This document shows, piece by piece, positions 12,227 through 20,465 of a stretch of 32,295 bases of DNA. The translations under genes and the position numbers were made by a program. The stretch is taken from NCBI GenBank assembly GCA_900617105.1, contig UYFQ01000188.1, forward strand, positions 1 to 32,295, written 5' to 3'. Within the stretch, counting starts at the first letter, position 1. The number at the start of each line of letters is the position of its first letter. Below the pieces are notes generated by a model that was not told the DNA's origin, made no database searches, and saw nothing but the letters and a program-made list of their open reading frames with translations. Origin of the DNA: Hydrurus foetidus. Lineage: Eukaryota.

Positions 12227-12715
12227 ATGATGTTTATTGCAATCTTTTGAAATGTTATCAACACAGTTAGCTGTATTTTGCACTTACGTCTTGTTAAACT
12301 TTCGATGAAGTCACGGAACCAGTGGGTCACTCGTATATCGGTCTGTTGCCCCGGATCTACCTGTCGCCAATCGCGGGTTCGATCACCCCACGAACCGGTG
12401 CCTGCCGGATGTTGCGGACTGCAACCCTCTGTCATCAATGCAGAAGAAACCAAATAAGTTTCGCGATCGAACAAAGGAAAAAGTCGGTAAGGTCTAATAG
12501 AACGTATAGTACGGATTCATACAGTATGGTCTGGTGAGAAGTCTTGTGCCTTCGAAGCTTCCAGCTGAGAGCTGTACGGAGCGATATCACACCATCAAAA
12601 GAAAATAAACGACATCATTAGTATTACATTCATTAATGAACATTATTTACATGGTCATGTAACACCTTAGAAGCTGGATCATCGGACCGTAGGATCGGGT
12701 ACTGAGAACTGGGAT

Positions 12716-12773
12716 CTGTGAGAAGAAAAACGTAAAATTAGTTCAGATCCCAAACCTTAAGGAACGGTCTTAC
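12716..12773 (-). other. Candidate 58-nt spliceosomal intron of an unidentified minus-strand gene fragment (~12.6-13.2 kb)
   Basis: Minus strand reads GTAAGA...CTAAT...TTTTTCTTCTCACAG; flanking ORF 12907..13116 is unrecognised. Confidence 0.3.
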
Positions 12774-13466
12774 CATCGTGTCATCTGTTATCTGCAGACA
12801 ACAGTCAAGGCCAGTCTGTATCGAAAGTCCCGCAGGGTTTCTTTTTGCACGGCCAAACGGGGGTTTGCTTTATTTCCGGTACTGTAGACTGTAGACTGTA
12901 GGGGTGTTACCTATAATATCGTAAAAGTCTCGTACGTACGCTGTACTGTAATGTCACTGAAAGCGCGGGTTGTATTAAATAAAATTCTGATCTACTGTCT
13001 TCTACCAGCTCGAGCTGCTCTTTTGAGCAATTCATTACGGAACCTCTATTGTTAGCACACTCCAGGATTGCTAGAAGTGTCAGCACAGCTTCTGAGAAGG
13101 TGCGATGACTTGTCACATCAGCTGATGAATTCTACTATTACCCAGTATTCTAAGTCAAGTCATTGTTTTCCACTCGCAGTTTTGCTCTGTAAAATTGCAT
13201 TCTGCTCTGCTCCTCGTCATTTGAGCGTATTTCTTTTAGGTAATATCCATAACAGAGGAGAGAGGAGGATGCACGGCAAGTTCAAAGAATCAAAAAAGAT
13301 TGCGGTCAGCTTACGACTGCCATATGCGGATATTACAGCCGCATATACCATTAAGTTAATCATCAATTAGCACTATAGATAAATCACATTTTAGTGTTTA
13401 AATGCATGTTAAGGAACACACAATAGCATACAGTCAAGCCGCTTCCTCAATGCCTTTCATATCGTA

Positions 13467-13827
13467 TGTTATGCTATTGTAATAGTTATGCTGTCCTACG
13501 GATCGGCAAAAGGGCTGATCAGTTGACGAGGCGGCAAAAGGGCCAGAGAAGAATGGGATCAGACTCGAAGAGCCCGCAATCGGTAAGTATTTTGGTAAGA
13601 AAACGATCTTTTTACTTGAAGTAAAGAGGTAAAGAAGTGAAAGGAGAATGAGATAATCGATGTGAAGTTCATTGCAAGTTGAAGTTGTCAAAGTTCTAGA
13701 AACCTAAAAATTGGTGGCTTCAAGTAACGTGCGATGCGTGATTGTACATACGTATGTGTGTTGTATAGTGGAGACTGTACATACGTGTGTGTGATGTAGA
13801 GTGGAGACTATAACACCACCCCTTTCC
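13467..13827 (-). mobile_element. Orphan 3' end of an LTR element: polypurine tract (13816-13827) plus putative LTR (13467-13815)
   Basis: Minus strand: GGAAAGGGGTGG immediately followed by TGTTAT...ATAACA (6-bp terminal IR); 33-bp tandem pair at 13743-13808 in the U3-like part. No second copy in the window, so the far end is tentative. Confidence 0.5.
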
Positions 13828-13977
13828 ATGTGAAATTTTAACATATGATTTGCAGTAAATGAATAAATACAAAGTCTGCAACTACATCTCAGTGAGTTCG
13901 TTGAAGAAAATGCATCGCTATAAAAGCTAGATTTTAAATTGAAGAGTCAAAATGTAAATAAGGGAATGATAGTACTG

Positions 13978-14024
13978 TGCGTGAAGCGGGGTTCGAACCC
14001 CGTACCATGTGTGTGCAAAACAGA
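13978..14024 (-). other. tRNA-derived 3' half (anticodon arm TGC, variable loop, T arm); not a complete tRNA
   Basis: Minus strand: TCTGT-TTTGCAC-ACACA / TGGTA / CGGGG-TTCGAA-CCCCG / CTTCACGCA. Near-canonical spacing (T loop 1 nt short); no D arm or 5' acceptor strand. Confidence 0.55.
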
Positions 14025-14098
14025 GGCCTCGCAGGGACTGCAAAAACCTCGTTCGACGTGGTGGCGTAGTTTATAGCTCTTTATTAATATAGAGTCAT

Positions 14099-14255
14099 GT
14101 TGAAGTTAAAGTTGAAGTTGAAGTTCAAGTTCAAGTTGAAGTTGAAGTTGAAGTAAAAGTTGAAGTTCAAGTTGAAGTTGAAGTAAAAGTTGAAGTTCAA
14201 GTTGAAGTTGAAGTTGAAGTTGAAGTTGAAGTTGAAGTTGAAGTTGAAGTTGAAG
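14099..14255. repeat. (TTGAAG)n hexamer microsatellite, ~26 units
   Basis: Direct reading; variants TTCAAG, TAAAAG, TTAAAG. Confidence 0.97.
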
Positions 14256-14274
14256 ATTGTTACAAATTTGAAAG

Positions 14275-14436
14275 TTGTTTAGTCTAGAATTGTTGGAGTG
14301 TGTAATGCAAGCTTCGTGAACTGGCCAAGTAGGGATGGAGTTCACAAGCTTAATTGACAAGTGAATAGCAATCAACAATTCTATTTTACGAGTCTTGGAG
14401 AGAATCGGTAACAGGGAGTTACTCGGTTTTCCAACA
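14275..14436 (+). repeat. Copia 5' LTR (lacks first ~105 bp and an internal 22 bp)
   Basis: Identical to 19384-19567 except that 19524-19545 is absent. Confidence 0.95.
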
Positions 14437-14466
14437 CAATTAAGCTAATTAGCAGTATCGAGAGCG

Positions 14467-17400
14467 ATGCCGCCGAAGAAATCCAGCGACCCCAAATCAG
14501 ATGCACCAGGAGGGTGTATCCTGCAAATAGGAAAGCACAACAACATCGTGCTGTGGAAGGAGGAACTCGAGAATGAGGTCACCGGACTCTACGGCAAGAT
14601 GGGGATGTTCTTTACCACCGACGAGCGGTACATCATTCCGTTTCCAACGGAAGAGAACTACAATCCAGCTTACGTCGCACCTGTACCAGCGTTGGTAGAG
14701 GATGAGGACGATCCAGAGGGAAACGAGGCTGCAATTGAAATACATGCTGAGGCAGTGGCCGCACATGCAGTTGCAGTTGCACATTTACCGGTTGTAACAG
14801 CGGCCGCACTCGCAAAGTTTAGAGACGCAGCACTAGACCGACGCAGTAAAGAGATGTACAATCAGTCTCTTAACGAGGAAAAGCTTTTCTCCTTGCTATG
14901 GGGTAGAATGTCTACAGCGTCACAGTCCGCGGTGCGACAGGACCCTGAGTTCGAAACTGCTCGACTTAACTTAGACGCAGTGGCTCTGTGGAAATTAATT
15001 AAGGCGAGTCATCTAACACACATCTATGGTGAGGATGACTCCCTTAGGTCATACAACATGTATGAGCAGATGACAAGGTACAACAGCCTCAGACAGGGTG
15101 ATCGTGAGGCGATAGCAGATTTCAAAACAAGGTTTGACAATCAGGTGAAAGCAAACGATGGGGTCGGAGTTGCACCATTAGAAGAAAAGCTGAGAGCTAT
15201 CGACTTTTTATGCAAACTCGACCCTAAACGTTATACACCAATGTTAACAAGTATGCGTAATAACGCAGTACAAAATCTAGCATCAAGCTACCCTGTGACA
15301 TTAGCAGGTGCCTTTAGGGTTGCATCCTCATGGACCAGTAACGGCGGTTCAGGCCAGAATGGATACGAGCAACACTCAGCTTTCCTAACGGACACTGTGT
15401 TCGTGACAAAAGCGAAAGATTCGGAGAAAGGAAAGGGTGGTAAGACACCAGAGGAAAAGAAATCAAGAACGAGATCGACAGTGGGAATCACATGCTTCGT
15501 GTGTGGAAAGAATCACTTCGCCAAAGACTGTCCGATTCGAAAACAACCAGAGGCGGCACTCGTAGTCGCAGCCTCACAGCGACTACGAGTAAGTGATGAA
15601 GACGACGAAGAATACAGTGATGAGGAAGTGGTTTACCTGACAACAGATGAGAGAGTCCTCTTCTCTAGGAGTCATGTACTTCTTGATAATCAGGCATCTG
15701 TTAATGTATTCAATAACCCAGAACTCCTCACGAACATTCGAGAGTCGGCAACGGGAATTCTGCTCAGCGGTGTTCAGGCAGGCGCCACTGGAGTCAAGGT
15801 TACGAAAGTTGGGACATTCAATGAGCTTGGAGAAGTCTACTTCAGCAAACTGGCCAACGCGAATATACTTTCGTTTGCTGCGATGATCGACAGAGGAGCT
15901 TTGATCAAATACGACGGGATCGCAGAATGCTTTACATTGAAGTGGCCATCAAGCAAAAGGACTTACACTTTCAAGAGACTTCCTATCGCTGGGAGCGAAG
16001 GCCGTTTCTACGTCTGCGACATGGGAAGCCAAAAAGAGCATGTGCTCGTCTCTACGGTGTCGGAGAACATGAGACAATTTACCAAACGAGAAGTCGAGTC
16101 TGCTCGAAAAGCGAGGGAACTCCTTGCAAGAATGGGGTATCCGTCCGTCGATAACGCGATAGCAATGCTTCGCACAGGAAACAACTTCGATGTTAGCGAA
16201 TATGATTTCAAGGTGGCGCATGCAATCTGGGGGAAATGCATGGCGACAGCGGCAGGCAAAACTCACCGATACCCGGTACGGCCCGCCGACATCACGATTG
16301 TTCCAACAGCAGTCCAACAGCAGCAGGTCCTAGCAATAGACATCATGTTCATCGAGAAAACTTACTCATTGGTCGGAGTGGCGACTCCACTGGACCTGAC
16401 ATTGGCGTCAAGTCTCATTGATGTGGACCTCATGAAACCGAGCAGAGCAGCTACTGTCGTGAAGGAAGCACTAGTTCAAATGATCTCGGCACTAGCGTCG
16501 CGAAACTTCGTTGTGCAGATGATTATGAGCGACGGGGAAGGAGCGATTGGAAAGCTGAAAATTCAGCTGCAGATGCTTGGCATTGAGGTTGATATCACTG
16601 GAGCAGGAGGGCATGTTGCACGTATTGAACGTCGTATCCAGATGATAAAAGAGCGTGTAAGGGCACACATCTGTGGGCGACTCCCTTTCACACTCAGCTT
16701 CCTGGGATTGTCGATGCTCATCTTATACTGCGTATCACGTATTAATTACCAACCCTCAGGGTCAAGGCCAGGAGGGTCTAGCCCTAGGGAAGTCTTCACC
16801 GGACAAAGGGCTGATGGTAATCGTGATTTCAGGGCGGCCTTTGGAGACTATGCCATTTGCACCAAACCGACCACTAACAACACGATGGAATCAAGAGTAG
16901 AGGAAGGTATCGTCATGTTCCCTGTTGGAAATCGGTCCAAGTCAGTCAAAATGCTCAACCTGGCTACTATGAAGATCATGTCACGTGATAATTTCAAGAT
17001 CCAACCTATGCCGGAGTCAGTCATACGCACACTCAACGCGGTGGCATCAGCAGAGGGACGTAGTCTTAAACGACAATCTGATGTGTTTACCGACATGCAA
17101 TACATGCATAGCGTCAACTCTTCTAACATGCCTACGTTTTTCCAACCAAATCTCAATCAGGTGGCGCGTCAAGAGGTAACTCTACCTTCCATACCGTCCC
17201 TGATCCCTTCGGCTGCGCCGTCAGGTCTCTCAGACGACAATCCATCTGAAGACTATAGACTCGCCGGCACAATTTCCACAGCCGAGGGGGGAGTCCTACG
17301 ATCTGATCTAGGCTCCGAGGATCGTGCGGCGGCAGAAAACGCAGAAAGCACCCAACCCGTAATGACCGAACCCCCTAACCCGCCGTCAGTATTCCACGGA

Positions 17401-19179
17401 GGAATCATACCTCCAGTACCTGAGCCCGACACCGGAGCAGCGTTAGTGACCGAGTCAACAGCAGTAAAACTAACTACATCCGCGATCCAATCGATAGTGG
17501 AGATGCTAGAGAAGAAGCGAGATAGTGGAATAGTCAGCAACACGAGTAATGTTAGCGTGCGACAAGCGTTGAGCACAAACGGTGCCGAGGCGAAGAGAGT
17601 TATCGAGAAAGAACTCCAGCAGATGTTAGACAAGAAAGTGTGGGTACCAGTACAGCCGTCCAAGCTGAGCTCCAGCGAAATGTCATCAATCATTCGGTCG
17701 TCGATGTTCCTGAAGAAGAAGAACTTCCCAAATGGGAAATTTGAGAAATACAAAGCACGCCTAGTGGCAGGCGGAGATCAGCAGAACAAGAATTTGTACG
17801 ACGATTTGTCGAGCCCAACAGTTTCAACGAGCTCAGTGTTCACGATGCTCGCAGTGACCGCGCACGAGAACCGACATGCTGCGGTGGTAGACATTGGAGG
17901 AGCATTTCTTAATGCAGATATGACAACAGGCGTCAACGTCTACATGCGCCTGGACAAGACCATGTCAGATATACTCTCCTCTCTCGACAAAACATACGGA
18001 TCCTACGCAGATAGCAAGGGGCGTGTCGTGGTACTTCTGAAAAAGGCGCTATATGGGTGTGTCGAGAGCGCGGCTCTCTGGTATGACAACTTGCACGCCA
18101 CTATGAAGTCTCTGGGCTATACGAGAAACGACAGGGACATCTGTGTGTTCAACAGACTGAATAAGAATGGGGTGCAGTGCACAATAACCGTCCATGTTGA
18201 TGATCTTCTTATCATGAGTAAGAGCAAAGTAATGATCGCCGAGCTGACTGAGGGACTTCGCACTAGGTATGGAGAAATTACCGTGACCCAGGGACCCACT
18301 TTAAACTACCTCGGAATGGTTTTAGATTTATCATTCGCAGGTGAGGCACGGGTGACCATGAGCGGATACGTGGATGATGTGCTAGCAGCAGCGGGTATAC
18401 TGGGTGTGTCCAAAACGCCTGCTACTGACTGGCTATTCACTGTGAGAGACGATGCGGACATTGTACCAGAGTTGGTCAGGCAGTGGTTCCACAAGATTGT
18501 AGCAATGCTACTGTATCTGTCAAAGCGAGCGCGCCCCGACTGTCTTACGGCTGTATCTTATCTCGCAACTAGGGTGACGAAGTGCGACACAGACGATGTG
18601 GCGAAGCTGGTGCGGCTTATGCGGTACATCAGGGGGACGAGAGAAATGGGACTTGTGCTGCGACCGGGGGGAATGGGGGTGCAAGTCCGACTATTCGTGG
18701 ACGCTTCGTATGGAGTTCATACTGACGGACGGTCCCACACTGGCAGTTGCGTCGTTGTTGGAGATGTCGGGTCGGTGCACTGCCGATCCACCAAGCAGCA
18801 GATAGTTACGAAGTCGAGCACTGAAGCAGAGCTAGTGGGGTTGTCCGATTCAGCCAACCAGGCCATCCACATTCAAGATTTTCTCTCCCTGCAGGGATAC
18901 AAGCTGAAGCCCATCATCGTGTACCAGGACAACTTGTCATGCATGGCACTTCTCGAGCGAGGACGGTCCGGTGCAGAGCGCACACGGCACATTTCTATCC
19001 GGTACTTCTGGGTGAAGGAGCGCGTGGATAATAGCGAGCTAGTGATCGAGCACAAGGGTACCAAGGAGATGTACGCAAACGTACTTACGAAGCCGCTGCA
19101 GGGTGCACAGTTCCAATATGAGAGAGAGTGTCTCACTGGGTGGCAACATCATGAAGGAGTTCCAAAGACCTTAGCTTAG
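14467..19179 (+). CDS. gag-pol: Copia Gag-Pol polyprotein (Gag-PR-IN-RT-RNase H), 1570 aa, uninterrupted
   Basis: Knuckle CFVCGKNHFAKDC; protease LLDNQAS; integrase AIDIMF / MSDGEG / IERRIQMIKER; RT YKARLVAGG, VDIGGAFL, KALYG, HVDD; RNase H FVDASY, SSTEAEL, YQDN, RHISIRYF. IN precedes RT, the Copia order. Confidence 0.98.
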   Translation: MPPKKSSDPKSDAPGGCILQIGKHNNIVLWKEELENEVTGLYGKMGMFFTTDERYIIPFPTEENYNPAYVAPVPALVEDEDDPEGNEAAIEIHAEAVAAHAVAVAHLPVVTAAALAKFRDAALDRRSKEMYNQSLNEEKLFSLLWGRMSTASQSAVRQDPEFETARLNLDAVALWKLIKASHLTHIYGEDDSLRSYNMYEQMTRYNSLRQGDREAIADFKTRFDNQVKANDGVGVAPLEEKLRAIDFLCKLDPKRYTPMLTSMRNNAVQNLASSYPVTLAGAFRVASSWTSNGGSGQNGYEQHSAFLTDTVFVTKAKDSEKGKGGKTPEEKKSRTRSTVGITCFVCGKNHFAKDCPIRKQPEAALVVAASQRLRVSDEDDEEYSDEEVVYLTTDERVLFSRSHVLLDNQASVNVFNNPELLTNIRESATGILLSGVQAGATGVKVTKVGTFNELGEVYFSKLANANILSFAAMIDRGALIKYDGIAECFTLKWPSSKRTYTFKRLPIAGSEGRFYVCDMGSQKEHVLVSTVSENMRQFTKREVESARKARELLARMGYPSVDNAIAMLRTGNNFDVSEYDFKVAHAIWGKCMATAAGKTHRYPVRPADITIVPTAVQQQQVLAIDIMFIEKTYSLVGVATPLDLTLASSLIDVDLMKPSRAATVVKEALVQMISALASRNFVVQMIMSDGEGAIGKLKIQLQMLGIEVDITGAGGHVARIERRIQMIKERVRAHICGRLPFTLSFLGLSMLILYCVSRINYQPSGSRPGGSSPREVFTGQRADGNRDFRAAFGDYAICTKPTTNNTMESRVEEGIVMFPVGNRSKSVKMLNLATMKIMSRDNFKIQPMPESVIRTLNAVASAEGRSLKRQSDVFTDMQYMHSVNSSNMPTFFQPNLNQVARQEVTLPSIPSLIPSAAPSGLSDDNPSEDYRLAGTISTAEGGVLRSDLGSEDRAAAENAESTQPVMTEPPNPPSVFHGGIIPPVPEPDTGAALVTESTAVKLTTSAIQSIVEMLEKKRDSGIVSNTSNVSVRQALSTNGAEAKRVIEKELQQMLDKKVWVPVQPSKLSSSEMSSIIRSSMFLKKKNFPNGKFEKYKARLVAGGDQQNKNLYDDLSSPTVSTSSVFTMLAVTAHENRHAAVVDIGGAFLNADMTTGVNVYMRLDKTMSDILSSLDKTYGSYADSKGRVVVLLKKALYGCVESAALWYDNLHATMKSLGYTRNDRDICVFNRLNKNGVQCTITVHVDDLLIMSKSKVMIAELTEGLRTRYGEITVTQGPTLNYLGMVLDLSFAGEARVTMSGYVDDVLAAAGILGVSKTPATDWLFTVRDDADIVPELVRQWFHKIVAMLLYLSKRARPDCLTAVSYLATRVTKCDTDDVAKLVRLMRYIRGTREMGLVLRPGGMGVQVRLFVDASYGVHTDGRSHTGSCVVVGDVGSVHCRSTKQQIVTKSSTEAELVGLSDSANQAIHIQDFLSLQGYKLKPIIVYQDNLSCMALLERGRSGAERTRHISIRYFWVKERVDNSELVIEHKGTKEMYANVLTKPLQGAQFQYERECLTGWQHHEGVPKTLA

Positions 19180-19278
19180 TTTGCCTCGTAGTCCTCTGCG
19201 TGTGCGTGTTTGCTCTGTAGTCTTCTGAGTCTACGTGTGTCATTGCCTGCGCACTAACTGATATCCACCTTAGGGGTG

Positions 19279-19567
19279 TGTTGGATAATATGGAACTAGG
19301 GTGAGATTCAGTTAGTGTATGTATGAGTACTTACGTTGCGATCAGCGGCGTAAGTACGTATGAGTTAGTCAGAACCATACAAATTGTTTAGTCTAGAATT
19401 GTTGGAGTGTGTAATGCAAGCTTCGTGAACTGGCCAAGTAGGGATGGAGTTCACAAGCTTAATTGACAAGTGAATAGCAATCAACAATTCTATTTTACGA
19501 GTCTTGGAGAGAATCGGTAACAGCTCGGACTACCTGCGCAACCTGGGAGTTACTCGGTTTTCCAACA
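19279..19567 (+). repeat. Copia 3' LTR, 289 bp
   Basis: TGTTGGA...TCCAACA 7-bp terminal IR; U3 hairpin GTACTTACG...CGTAAGTAC at 19327-19357. Confidence 0.95.
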
Positions 19568-19676
19568 TCCATCACATTTGTCTTCGCCGAAATTGAGGTA
19601 TCCATCTCATTTGTCTTCGTTGGAATTCAGGAATCCATCTCATTTGTCTTCGTTGGAATTTAGGAATCCATCACAT
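19568..19676. repeat. 33-bp minisatellite, left part (~3.3 units)
   Basis: Units CCATCACATTTGTCTTCGCCGAAATTGAGGTAT / CCATCTCATTTGTCTTCGTTGGAATTCAGGAAT. Confidence 0.95.
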
Positions 19677-19894
19677 TGTAGCCATATGCCATTTAGTATG
19701 GCATTATGAGCTTCTAGGACTATCGGTCTACAGATCGGTCTACAGGGTCGTAGGCTTCCAGCCTCACCCTTACAACGTGTACTCTGCTATCATCTAGCTA
19801 GTTCACGTAGAAGTTACCCTAGCTACGGCTTTCCCCTGTAACTAAGACTTCAGCTCCTCTCCTTTCCTTTCTCTCTTTTGCCATTCGGACTACA
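19677..19894 (+). repeat. Gypsy A 5' LTR
   Basis: Direct repeat of 26321-26538. Confidence 0.97.
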
Positions 19895-20465
19895 ATAGAT
19901 CTATTCCGTCCACCCTTCTTTAGCTAATACCTCCGACTTCTACCTCTCCTTCCCGATACGCCACCTCCAGATCCCAGCCTCTGTCAACAGAGACGCGGAC
20001 TCGAGTGAGCCTTCGTGGATTAGTCTTATCGTTACTTTAAATCCATCTCAGCGATTAAGTTCGTCTGCAGACGATTTCTTTGGGGATTTTCATCGAGACC
20101 AGTTTCGTCGGTTTAACTACCACAACTTGGAGCCTCGAAGCTTTCGAGCTTGTGCACTTTCTAGTTAATTCTAGATCGTTTTGCACGATTGCCAAGGGTT
20201 AGTGAGCAACGTTAAATCGTTTTCTCGCCTCAACTGTGCTTGGTTGGCTTTAAATAGCTGTTCTCACCGAGATTTTCGACGCGTCGAAAATCTCGACTTC
20301 ACACCATCTAACTGCTTCGTTTCTAACTGCCTGCTGTTGTTTCCAAGGTTTTCTACCTTACAACACAGGGGGGAAACTCTGGCAAAAATTTTTCCAGAGT
20401 TAACTCTCTTCAGAAAAGTTTTGACAGTAATATCTCTTACACTATATCAAGCTTAATTGCTTGAT

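Larger units (their letters stand above)
14275..19567 (+). mobile_element. Ty1/Copia LTR retrotransposon (CoDi-like), young, 5' LTR truncated
   Basis: Partial 5' LTR 14275-14436, single gag-pol ORF, PPT-like TAGGGGTG (19271-19278), 3' LTR 19279-19567. Confidence 0.97.

Noticed and set aside
13978..14024. Functional tRNA-Ala gene
   Set aside because: No D arm/A box or 5' acceptor strand; T loop is one nt short.
14099..14255. Telomeric repeat
   Set aside because: TTGAAG lacks the G run of telomere motifs I know and is internal; not supportable from this window.
14106..14378. QL-repeat ORF
   Set aside because: It is only the translation of the hexamer microsatellite and antisense LTR.
14454..14465. 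AGTATCGAGAGC as a degenerate tRNA-iMet PBS (TGGTATCAGAGC)
   Set aside because: It is 17 nt from the LTR end, lacks TGG and needs an indel; the self-complementary 10-mer fits better.
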